From assembly GCA_045535375.1 (NCBI GenBank), contig JAZSLM010000007.1:15322-79321 (forward strand): a DNA stretch of 64,000 nt. The letters run 5' to 3'. The notes under the pieces are model-generated. The model made no database searches, was not told the DNA's origin, and worked only from the letters and a program-made list of their open reading frames with translations. The DNA comes from Eubacteriales bacterium (lineage in GTDB: Bacteria > Bacillota > Clostridia > Oscillospirales > CAG-272). Positions 55,181-63,832 of this stretch are shown in pieces; the stretch's first letter is position 1; every line of letters starts with the position of its first letter. Made by a program: the position numbers and the translations under genes.

Positions 55181-55734
55181 ACCGTGATACCTCCCTTTTT
55201 CAGCTCCTCGGCGAGCTTTTTTCTTGTGCGGAGAAGCGACATTTTGATGCGGCTCTCGCCGTAGCCGGTGAGCGCGGTGATCTGATTGATCTCAAGACCC
55301 ATCCAATAGCGCAGGACGAAGATCTTTTTGTCGCTTTTATTCAGCTTTTGCAGGGCGTCGCTGATGAGCTTGCCCGCGCGCTTTGCCTCGAATTCGGCGG
55401 CGAGGTCGGTGCCGTCATCGAGCATCGAGAGGAATTCGTCGCCCACGATCTGCACTCTGCCGCCTCGCTTCCAGGCATTCTGACCGCGCGAGATCTCGTG
55501 GGCGCGGTTTCGCACCGATTTTCCTATGTAAGCACGCAGGTCGCGCGGGCAGTCGGGCGGAATATTCTGCCAGAGCGCGAGCATAACGTCGCTGACGCAT
55601 TCCTCGGCATCCTCGCGGATGGCAAGAATGTTCGAGGCGATGTATCTGCAAAGCGCGCCGTATTTCTTTTCGGTCTGCGCGAGCGCTTCCTCATCACGTG
55701 CAAAGAAGAGTTCTATTATTCTTTTGTCATCCAT
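55177..55734 (-). CDS. ECF-type sigma-70-family factor (module 4)
   Basis: 185 aa from MDDKRIIELFFARDEEAL. The alternative Met at 55743 abuts the SD. Confidence 0.8.
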   Translation of the reverse strand: MDDKRIIELFFARDEEALAQTEKKYGALCRYIASNILAIREDAEECVSDVMLALWQNIPPDCPRDLRAYIGKSVRNRAHEISRGQNAWKRGGRVQIVGDEFLSMLDDGTDLAAEFEAKRAGKLISDALQKLNKSDKKIFVLRYWMGLEINQITALTGYGESRIKMSLLRTRKKLAEELKKGGITV

Positions 55735-55900
55735 TTTTGTCATCTCCTTTCACTAAACAAGAAGCGTTTTGCCGAGCCCGCGTCACCGATATTTTCAAAT
55801 TTCAGCTTTCTGCATAAATCTTCACGGCGTTTTTTGTGCAATTTGTTGTTCTGATATTATATTATCATATTTTTTTGGAGTTGTCAAGAGGATTTGATTT

Positions 55901-56215
55901 GCGACCTCTGCGGAGGTCGCGCGATATGCTCGCTTCGCGAGCGTGATATATCTTCGACACGATATGCCTTACGGCACGATATATTTCGCCGCGGCGAAAT
56001 GTTTCGGTGAATTTCCGCGGAGCGGAAATTTTCCTATTAATATCACGTTCGCCTGCGGCGAACATATCGTATCGCCATAAGCCGTGCGGCTCCGGCGGTT
56101 TTCTGCAAGAAAATGGAGGCGGAAGCCGACAAGCCGGAGTCGTAATTTGCCGAAGGCAAGTATTATATCGTGTGCCAACATATCGTATGAGCGCAGCGAA
56201 TATATCGTGTTTACA
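55901..56215. repeat. Hairpin array with the word TATATCGTG in divergent orientation, surrounding copy B (56081-56165) of the structured repeat
   Basis: Reverse copies: GTGATATATC at 55943, CACGATATG at 55958, CACGATATAT at 55975. Forward copies: ATATCGT at 56064 and 56180, TATATCGTG at 56164 and 56201. Interleaved hairpins: gcgacctc-tgc-ggaggtcgc, gctcgc-ttc-gcgagc, ttcgcc-gc-ggcgaa, tttccgc-gga-gcggaaa, gttcgcc-tgc-ggcgaac. Confidence 0.75.
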
Positions 56216-56306
56216 CATCTGATAATATAATATTTCCGTATGGAATATTGATCTCTGTAACGCCCAATTATATTATTGCAATTTACTTTGCCAACACGTA
56301 CAGATT

Positions 56307-56468
56307 AAATTATCATTGTAGGGGAGGGCGTCTCGACCTCCCGAGCCCAATGACGGGGTTGATGTGTCAAAATCAAGAAAAACTCGTGCAGTTTTTCTGT
56401 ATTTTATCAGCAAAATTATATCGCTCAGTCCGGGAGGTCGAGGACGCCCTCCCCTACAATGATAATTT
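56307..56468. repeat. 162-bp element: 37/38-nt inverted repeats flanking an 86-bp AT-rich core
   Basis: The left arm aaattatcattgtaggggagggcgtctcgacctcccg (56307-56344) matches the reverse complement of 56431-56468 except for one indel. Confidence 0.8.
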
Positions 56469-56544
56469 TATTATTACATATTGATATCGTTTTGCTATTT
56501 TTCGATATTCAAAAAGCCGAATAATGAAGTTTGCAATCTAAAAC

Positions 56545-56580
56545 AGAAAAAGCAGGATCGCCCGAGGTAGGGATCCTGCT
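56545..56580 (-). terminator. Terminator of the module 5 operon
   Basis: agcaggatc-(12-nt loop)-gatcctgct followed by a T-run on the minus strand. Confidence 0.7.
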
Positions 56581-56599
56581 TTGAGTGAATATATTGGTT

Positions 56600-57955
56600 T
56601 TAAGGCTTTGCGATGCCGTCGGAGCAAACGATCTCCCTGAGGGGGGATTCGGGATACTCAATGGGGTACACGAACCATTCGGGATCCTTTTCAATCTCAT
56701 TCCACTGTGCTACCGTTCCGCTGTAATAAACAGTTGCTTTCCATGGAGTTCCCGCAAAAGCATGCTTGCCAATGCTTTCGAGAGAGGTTCCAAAACACAC
56801 ACTTGTAAGACAGTTGCAAGCGTTAAAAGCCGATCTACCTATTTCAGTCACATACTCAAGACCCTTGATTTCAGAAAGAGCCGATGCACCGCTGAACGCA
56901 GATTCGGGAACTTTTGTAAATCCGTTAAGATCAACCGACTTGAGGCTTGAGCAAGCTTCGAATGCCCCTACACCCAAATATTCCAGATTTTTCGGTAATA
57001 CTATACACTCGAATACGTTGCAACCTGCAAAAGCATGATATTCTATTCTCTTGATACAATCGGGAATAACTATCGGATTCACGGGCTTGAGGCAGTAAAA
57101 TGCACTATCGCCGATTATCTCCACACTTCCGTCGTCGGGTATAACCGAGTTTTTGCAAGCAACGATCAAAGTCTTGCTCTGCTTCTCAATAAGACAGTTT
57201 CCGTTGTCCGAAAAATAGATATTATCGGGCGATACTTTGAACTCTGCAAGAATATGCCCTTCCCACGTGTTGGCAACGAATGGTCTTATAAAATTGACAT
57301 TTGTACCGATATAAATACTTTCAAGATTCGGGCAGAGGTCAAATATTCCTTGATAGATCTCCTCTACCGTGTCAGACACAGTAATGCTTTTAGCATAGTT
57401 GCTTCCGCAATACTGCGCATCGACTCCGCAGAGCAAGGCTTCGTTTCTCATCTGCGTGACGGGAAGACCCATAAAGGTGGTTGCGATAACGACATTCTCT
57501 TCCGTACAGGTTCCAAATCCGATAAAGGACGCACTCTCACCGTCGGCATTTACCTGATATTCAAGCCCTTCGCTACCGTCACTTACACGCTCGGTCGGAG
57601 CGCCTGTTTCCTCTGCGCCGTTGCTTTCATCCGTTAAACTATCGTGTTCGGTTTCGAGATTCTCGCTCTCTCCGCCCGAGGGCGAAATACCCTCGCCGGG
57701 ATTAGTTCCGGTGGGATTAATATTTCCAACGAGCATCGATATTGCGGGAATTATCGCGCCCATCAGGAGCGCGCAGGCGACGAGGGCGGCGGCTTGCTTC
57801 CAGGCGGTGAAGACCTTTGTCTTTTTCGATTGCTCGGCTTCGCGTTTCGGCGCGGCGGGCGGGCGGATCTTATCGGCGGTCTCGGCTATAAGATCGCTGT
57901 CGATATGGTCGATGGCGTCAAGCAGTCTTGTGTCCTTGAAAAACTCGTTTTTCAT
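56600..57955 (-). CDS. Single-pass membrane protein: putative anti-sigma N-domain, TM segment, one BspA-type LRR cassette (module 5)
   Basis: 451 aa. The N-terminus is MKNEFFKDTRLLDAIDHIDSDLIAETADKIRPP. The TM segment is AAALVACALLMGAIIPAISML. The cassette is bounded by SDGSEGLEYQVN...GTCTE and AQWNEIEKDPEW...IVCSDG. Confidence 0.8.
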   Translation of the reverse strand: MKNEFFKDTRLLDAIDHIDSDLIAETADKIRPPAAPKREAEQSKKTKVFTAWKQAAALVACALLMGAIIPAISMLVGNINPTGTNPGEGISPSGGESENLETEHDSLTDESNGAEETGAPTERVSDGSEGLEYQVNADGESASFIGFGTCTEENVVIATTFMGLPVTQMRNEALLCGVDAQYCGSNYAKSITVSDTVEEIYQGIFDLCPNLESIYIGTNVNFIRPFVANTWEGHILAEFKVSPDNIYFSDNGNCLIEKQSKTLIVACKNSVIPDDGSVEIIGDSAFYCLKPVNPIVIPDCIKRIEYHAFAGCNVFECIVLPKNLEYLGVGAFEACSSLKSVDLNGFTKVPESAFSGASALSEIKGLEYVTEIGRSAFNACNCLTSVCFGTSLESIGKHAFAGTPWKATVYYSGTVAQWNEIEKDPEWFVYPIEYPESPLREIVCSDGIAKP

Positions 57956-58509
57956 ACCATTATACCTTCCTTTTTAAGATAATCCGCAAGCTTTTTGCGG
58001 GTGCGGAAGAGCTTCATTTTGATCCTGCTCTCGCCGCTGTGCATTTGTTTTGCGATGTCGGAGGGACTCATGTCAAAGAAATAGCGCATTATGAAGATCT
58101 GCCGCTCGCCCTCGCCGAGTCCGCGCAGAAATTTGCTTATCAGCTCGCCCGCGCGGCGCGATTCGTAAAGCTCGGAAAGGTCGGTGCCGTCGTCAAGCAT
58201 CGAGAGCAGCTCCTCGTTGACTATCTTGACCTGCCCGCCGCGCTTCCAGGCGTTGTTTGAGCGGGATTTCTTCATTGCCTGACGGCGCGTGATCTCGGAG
58301 ATATACGCCGAAAGACTCGCGGGTTCGGTTGGCGGGATCGAATTCCAGAGTGCGAGGTAGACGTCATTGACGCACTCTTCCCTATCCTCGCGCAGGGCGA
58401 GAAAATTCGAGGCGATATAGTAGATCAAATCGCCGTATTTTTTGTCGATCTCTTCAAGCGCCCTCTCGTCGCGCGAGAAGAAAAGCTCAATTATCTTTTC
58501 GTCCTTCAT
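57952..58509 (-). CDS. ECF-type sigma-70-family factor (module 5)
   Basis: 185 aa from MKDEKIIELFFSRDERAL, with AAAGGAG 8 nt upstream. The track start at 58566 runs through the leader motif. Confidence 0.8.
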   Translation of the reverse strand: MKDEKIIELFFSRDERALEEIDKKYGDLIYYIASNFLALREDREECVNDVYLALWNSIPPTEPASLSAYISEITRRQAMKKSRSNNAWKRGGQVKIVNEELLSMLDDGTDLSELYESRRAGELISKFLRGLGEGERQIFIMRYFFDMSPSDIAKQMHSGESRIKMKLFRTRKKLADYLKKEGIMV

Positions 58510-58615
58510 TACGCTCTCCTTTCCACGGTTCTTTGTCCCTTCACTTAATAAGTACCCTTTCGACACCCGCGGTCACGCTTTTTTGCGAAAAAAGGAAAGT
58601 ATTTTTTGGAGTGCT

Positions 58616-59341
58616 TTATTCCGATGCCACGGTGAAAGTAAAAACGTTGCGGTCAACGGGATAATAGCTCTCGCAATACTCGACCACTCTTCCGTCTTTG
58701 TCGTACAAACGCGTTGTCATAAGAAAGAACAGATCGTCCTCATTCGCAGAAAGCCAACGGCACTCACGCGGAGGCAGGCGCGTCGCAGAGATCTTATGTA
58801 TGCTTTGCACCCACACTATACGGTGGCTTTTCCGCACCTGGTAAAGAGAAAATTTTTCATAGTCGCAGTCGAGTATCTGCGCGCCGATGTCCTCGGGGAA
58901 ATATGAGGTCATGAGCGTGATCGGTCCGTGCTCTCCTTTCTCCTCGGAGTAGCGAAGACGCTTTAGCTTCATCGCCGACGCTCCGATCGGAATACCGAGC
59001 CCCTGCGCGACCTTTTCGTCGCTCACACGGAGCATTCGGAGCTCAAGCACCTCGGTCTTGCAGGTCAAACCCTGCGAGCGGAGCTCCTCGGCAAAGCTAT
59101 GAGTAAATAAGGTAGTCTTTTCAAATATCTGCGGACGGCTCACGAAGGTGCCCGTTCCCTTGATCCTTTTCAGCTTTCCCTCCTCGGCAAGTGTCGAGAG
59201 AGCGCGGCGCATCGTGGTTCGGCTCACATCAAATTCGCGACAGAGATCGACCTCGCGCGGGAGCTTATAGCCCACCGACCACTTGCCGCTATCGATCCTC
59301 TCTTCCACGGTCCGTCTTACCTCAAGATAACGTTTTGACAT
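58616..59341 (-). CDS. GntR-family (HutC/UTRA subtype) transcriptional regulator
   Basis: The wHTH is LPREVDLCREFDVSRTTMRRALSTLAEEGKLKRIKGTGTFV. A UTRA-like C-terminal half follows. Confidence 0.85.
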   Translation of the reverse strand: MSKRYLEVRRTVEERIDSGKWSVGYKLPREVDLCREFDVSRTTMRRALSTLAEEGKLKRIKGTGTFVSRPQIFEKTTLFTHSFAEELRSQGLTCKTEVLELRMLRVSDEKVAQGLGIPIGASAMKLKRLRYSEEKGEHGPITLMTSYFPEDIGAQILDCDYEKFSLYQVRKSHRIVWVQSIHKISATRLPPRECRWLSANEDDLFFLMTTRLYDKDGRVVEYCESYYPVDRNVFTFTVASE

Positions 59342-59577
59342 TGTTTCGTCCTCCTGTTAAATATTACTTTCAGTATAGCAGATCTGCGTAAATTTGTCAA
59401 TACATACAAGGCATTATGTATCTGTTACGTAAAAGATTTTAGATACATACATTCTTTTTTGTTCTTTTATATTGACAAACCGCCTTTTTCGCGTGTAAAA
59501 TAATCCCAAGCAACACAATGTATTACCTTAAAGGTTTTCACACGATTTTGAATGCTGCGTAACCGCAGCGGAAAGGA

Positions 59578-60693
59578 ATGGATAAAAAAATGAAGGTTGA
59601 CAAGAATTTTGTAAGCGGCAACATTGAGGTTCTGGATATTCAGGGCGACACAGTCACATTGGCGAACGAGCTACGCGATACGAGACTCGACCGCGACTGG
59701 TTTTATTGGGCGTTTCGTGTAAGAGGCGCAGAGGGACGAACCGTTACCTTCCAATTCCCGCACATAAAACGCGTGGGCTATTGGGGCGCGGCAGTATCAA
59801 GCGATCTCATTTCGTGGAAATGGACGGGCGGACGAAAGGAATGGACAGCCGAGGATGGCACGCCCTACGAGGCATTCACCTATACCTTTGGAGCAGAAGA
59901 GGACGAGGTGTTTTTCTGCTACGACCTGCTCTATACGCCGGCGCGCTTTGAGGTATTTTGCGAAAGAAACGGGTTGAAGGTCGAGCCGCTTTGTATCTCC
60001 AACAAAGGCAGAAGCGTGCCTTGCGTTCGTGTGGGAAAGGGTGAGAAAAAGATCCTTATCACCTCGCGCCACCATGCGTGCGAAAGCACCGGAACCTACG
60101 TAATGGAAGCTATTATTCGATCACTGCTCAAGGAACCACTCGAGGGTTACGAGCTCCTTTGCATCCCCTTCGTAGATATCGACGGTGTTATGGAAGGAGA
60201 TCAAGGCAAGCATCGCCTGCCCCACGACCATTGGATCGATTATCCGTGCGATGGTGAAAGCCTCTATAACTCTTGCACCGCGTTGCGTCAAATTATTGAC
60301 AATAACGACGTGGCATATCTGTTTGACATCCATGCGCCCAAGCATTTTGGAGATATCAACGACAAGGTACATATCCCTTACAACGTGGCAGAAGGAACTC
60401 CCCGTTTGGATCTTTTCTCAAAAATTTTCCAAAGCAAGATCCTCCCGGGCTCCATCCCATTTGATCCGGGGAACAACATCGCTGCCGATGACGGTTGGAA
60501 CAAGATCTCCATGCCCACTTTGCCGCGCTACGCAACACGCAAACCGGCAAGCCAGCTTTCTTTCTGTTGCGAAGTTCCCTACTTTGGCGAAGAAGATGGC
60601 AGCGTGGTAGTAACGGAGGAAACGTTGCGTTCGTTTGGTGAAGCATTTGCGGATGCACTTCGCGAGTATGACAAAACGGCGCCAAGACGGTAA
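59578..60693 (+). CDS. M14-like zinc carboxypeptidase-family protein (cytosolic type with an N-terminal beta domain)
   Basis: 371 aa. An HxxE zinc motif lies in ITSRHHACESTG, followed by IPFVDIDG. An alternative start is at 59590. Confidence 0.5.
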   Translation: MDKKMKVDKNFVSGNIEVLDIQGDTVTLANELRDTRLDRDWFYWAFRVRGAEGRTVTFQFPHIKRVGYWGAAVSSDLISWKWTGGRKEWTAEDGTPYEAFTYTFGAEEDEVFFCYDLLYTPARFEVFCERNGLKVEPLCISNKGRSVPCVRVGKGEKKILITSRHHACESTGTYVMEAIIRSLLKEPLEGYELLCIPFVDIDGVMEGDQGKHRLPHDHWIDYPCDGESLYNSCTALRQIIDNNDVAYLFDIHAPKHFGDINDKVHIPYNVAEGTPRLDLFSKIFQSKILPGSIPFDPGNNIAADDGWNKISMPTLPRYATRKPASQLSFCCEVPYFGEEDGSVVVTEETLRSFGEAFADALREYDKTAPRR

Positions 60694-60743
60694 CCGAAAA
60701 GGATCGAAACAGGGCAATCACGAATATTGAAAGGAAACTCATC

Positions 60744-61541
60744 ATGAGAAAGCTTGGTATAAATTACGGCGCGGAGCGGCCCCAGGGGATGACGGACGAG
60801 GATCGTCTGTGCCGACTCGCCGAATACGGCTTCGGCGCGATCTTTACGGGAATAGGCAAGCCCGAAGCTATCGACGCACTTGCACCGAAGGTACGCGCGG
60901 CAGGGATCGACTACGATTTCATCCACGCGCCATTCGACGGCATAAATCATATGTGGACGGAAGGCGAGCAGGGCGACACTATGCTCAATCGCCTGATCGT
61001 CGTCGCAGAAACCTGCGCGCGCAACGAGATCCCGATCATGGTCATCCATCTGTCGTCGGGCGACAATGCCCCCTGTGTCAACGATTGCGGCATCGCGCGC
61101 TTTGATGCGCTCGTGAAAAGGTCGGGCGAGCTCGGTGTTAAGGTTGCCATCGAGAATCAGAGAAAGATCGGTAACATCGCTTGCCTGATGGAGCGTTACC
61201 TTGGTGAATCCCACGTTGGCTTCTGCTGGGATAACGGCCACGAGGCTTGCTATGCTTATGGCCGCGAGTATATGCCGTGGTTCGGAGACCGTCTCATCTG
61301 TCTTCACATACATGATAATCTCAAGATCTACAACGGTGACAGCCACTACCTGCCGTTCGACGGGCTGATCGACTTTGGTCACGTTGCGGATCAGATCCGC
61401 GCATCGGGATATATGGGCTCTTTGATGCTCGAAACAGGCGGCCGCGGCAACCCGCTTTATGCAGGACTGAGCGACGTTGATTTTCTTAAACGCGCGTATA
61501 TGCAGGGAGACCGTCTCCGCAAATTGATCGACGGGGAATAA
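60744..61541 (+). CDS. Sugar phosphate isomerase/epimerase (xylose-isomerase-like TIM barrel)
   Basis: 265 aa with HAPF, IENQ and HIHDN metal-site blocks. Confidence 0.75.
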   Translation: MRKLGINYGAERPQGMTDEDRLCRLAEYGFGAIFTGIGKPEAIDALAPKVRAAGIDYDFIHAPFDGINHMWTEGEQGDTMLNRLIVVAETCARNEIPIMVIHLSSGDNAPCVNDCGIARFDALVKRSGELGVKVAIENQRKIGNIACLMERYLGESHVGFCWDNGHEACYAYGREYMPWFGDRLICLHIHDNLKIYNGDSHYLPFDGLIDFGHVADQIRASGYMGSLMLETGGRGNPLYAGLSDVDFLKRAYMQGDRLRKLIDGE

Positions 61542-61680
61542 GGAAAATATTATTTTGCTTCCTTTTATATAATAGTATCGTTGCGCGGGGTTGTCAATCG
61601 ATAACGTTAATTATGCCAAACGTATTGCCAAGCGGGCGCTTTTGTGCTATAATTATCTTAAAAAAACGGAGGACCACACA

Positions 61681-62937
61681 ATGTACTGTCCCTTTTGCGG
61701 AAAAGAACTGAGCGGTGAGTACAAATTCTGCTATTTTTGCGGCGGAAGGCTTACCGAGCCCGAAAAGCCAAAGCCAAATACCAAAATGAAGGCTATCTGC
61801 TGGGCTTTCGGCGCTTTGCTGATACTTTGCGGAATTATGCCTTACGTTATGCAGGAAAGCCTTGCTGATTACAACAGTTACCTCTCGCGGTTTTACGCAA
61901 AGCTCCCCGGTGAAGATGCCGTTGCGGCGGTATCAGCACTTGTGCAATTCGCCAATTTGCCAAGTAATTTGTTTTATTTTTCCTCCTCTATGCTCGCCGT
62001 TTTTGCGGGGCTTTTGCTCCTGCGCCGCGAGTTGAAGGCCACCATTGCGCTTATTGCTTGCGCGGCATTCAATCTTCTGTCGATCGTCAGTACGTTTTTT
62101 ACCAATATTCTGGTCTGCTATGCACCCGGTGCGGTAATATCGATCTATGCAAATGACAATGACATCATCGAAGCGGGTATCGAGCTGATCAAGGATGATA
62201 TCAGATTCTTATCCTATAGTCAGGATCTGGCATTCAAGCGCATCTTCCTTTCAATCGTTGCCATCGCGATATCGCTCTTGTTTGTGCTTTTGAAGCGCAA
62301 GCTCACCGATGCAAATGCACTGCAAGAGAACAATATCTCTGCCGCGGGCGGTGCTTTGATGATACTTGCCCTCTCCTCGCTCTCCTTTTTGCGAAGCAAC
62401 GTTTCATTTGTGCTTATTTCCAAATTCTTCGGTCTGCAAGCAACAATAGTAAGTTCATTGTCGCACTCCACATTCAGTCAATACTTTCTCCCCGTTTGCA
62501 TATATGCGGCATTCTTTATCCTTGCCGTCGCGGTGCTCTCAGGCAAGATCCCCGCTTGGATCGTCGCCGTGCCCACATCCTTCTTGATCATACTGCTTGG
62601 CGGGGTCGGATTTTTGGCGGCAAAGCCAATATTAGTCGAAGCTGATACCTATGATTACATTTTTTCATACGTACTGAACAATCTCCGCTCGATCACCATC
62701 TGCGCCGCGTTGATACTTATCGCATTCACCTTGTGGATGTGCGCGATATCGCGAGGAAAGCTCCCGCTTGGGCTGCAGATAGCCCTGCCCGTCGCAATTC
62801 CGATCGTTTATATCATACTCGAATTTTTCTTTAAGATTATCCTCATATGGAACATGCGCATACCATTCAGCGTGATCGTCATCGCTCTTGCCATCTCGCT
62901 GATCTCTGCATTTGTTGATTGCAGAAAGAAGAAGTAA
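61681..62937 (+). CDS. Zinc-ribbon domain protein with about ten TM segments
   Basis: The start is MYCPFCGKELSGEYKFCYFCGG, with GGAGG 8 nt upstream. The rest is polytopic and hydrophobic. Confidence 0.7.
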   Translation: MYCPFCGKELSGEYKFCYFCGGRLTEPEKPKPNTKMKAICWAFGALLILCGIMPYVMQESLADYNSYLSRFYAKLPGEDAVAAVSALVQFANLPSNLFYFSSSMLAVFAGLLLLRRELKATIALIACAAFNLLSIVSTFFTNILVCYAPGAVISIYANDNDIIEAGIELIKDDIRFLSYSQDLAFKRIFLSIVAIAISLLFVLLKRKLTDANALQENNISAAGGALMILALSSLSFLRSNVSFVLISKFFGLQATIVSSLSHSTFSQYFLPVCIYAAFFILAVAVLSGKIPAWIVAVPTSFLIILLGGVGFLAAKPILVEADTYDYIFSYVLNNLRSITICAALILIAFTLWMCAISRGKLPLGLQIALPVAIPIVYIILEFFFKIILIWNMRIPFSVIVIALAISLISAFVDCRKKK

Positions 62938-63033
62938 GGCAAAATGCGCGGATGACATTGCAAACTTTTCGTGAACTTTCCGAAAAAAGATCATCATTTT
63001 TGCCGAAATGACAAAAAATTTCCGCAATACCCC

Positions 63034-63063
63034 TTGACAAAAGGGGGTAATTAATATTATAAT
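63034..63063 (+). promoter_or_regulatory. SigA-type promoter for rpmH
   Basis: TTGACA (63034-63039), 18-nt spacer, TATAAT (63058-63063). Confidence 0.6.
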
Positions 63064-63169
63064 ATACGATGTCATTGTGTGTGAGCGTAGTTGGCAGCAT
63101 TCAGAATCGTCGCTGCCTTTGGCATTAAACCCAAACGCTTCCGAATAATCACTCAAGGAGGTGCCACAA

Positions 63170-63304
63170 ATGTTCAGAACCTATCAGCCCAAAAAGCGTC
63201 AGCGCAAGAAGGAGCATGGCTTCAGAAAGAGAATGAGAACTCGTGACGGCAGAGAAGTACTCAAGAGACGTCGCGCAAAAGGCAGAAAGCGCCTTACCTA
63301 TTAA
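63170..63304 (+). CDS. rpmH: 50S ribosomal protein L34 (44 aa, below the ORF-track cutoff)
   Basis: Hand translation gives [51 protein letters not shown] lies 8 nt upstream. Confidence 0.95.
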   Translation: MFRTYQPKKRQRKKEHGFRKRMRTRDGREVLKRRRAKGRKRLTY

Positions 63305-63430
63305 TTAAAGTTTTCAATTTACGCTAAATCGCTATCGAAATAACCGGCGGGTGCCGACATCCATTGTCTGCTGCGCCGGTTATTTCGACGAAAAAAACAA
63401 AAATTTCTTTTCAACGGAAGCACAAGGACA

Positions 63431-63832
63431 ATGAAAAATACACCCATCAAAGAAAATCACCTTTATCAGAAGGCTTATTCGAAGGGCAAGTCGGCACCCG
63501 GTAAATACGTTGTCGTCTATACTCTTCCCGACCGTCAGAACCACCGCTTCGTCAAGGCAGACCCCTGCCACCGCCCACTCAACCGCCTGGGTCTTACCAC
63601 GGGCAAGAAGATCGGCGGAGCCGTCGTCCGCAGCCGCGCGCGCAGACTTATGCGCGAGGCATACAGACTCATCGAGGACGAGGGACGGCTCCTGCACGGC
63701 AATCTCATCGTGATCGCCGCGCGTGCAAAAATAGCGGATGCATCGATGCAGGACGTCAAAAAGGACCTCCTTTGGTGCTTAAAGCGCGTCGGACTTATCG
63801 AAAAGCCTGCACCCAAAGATGAAATTCAATGA
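63431..63832 (+). CDS. rnpA: Ribonuclease P protein component
   Basis: 133 aa. It follows rpmH and carries a basic RNR-like block (KKIGGAVVRSRARRLMREAYR). Confidence 0.9.
   Translation: MKNTPIKENHLYQKAYSKGKSAPGKYVVVYTLPDRQNHRFVKADPCHRPLNRLGLTTGKKIGGAVVRSRARRLMREAYRLIEDEGRLLHGNLIVIAARAKIADASMQDVKKDLLWCLKRVGLIEKPAPKDEIQ

Noticed and set aside
62938-63169. oriC / DnaA-box cluster next to rpmH
   Set aside because: dnaA is not adjacent; the upstream gene is a zinc-ribbon membrane protein. I could not find TTATCCACA-like boxes in the 230-bp spacer, only a SigA promoter and a leader hairpin.
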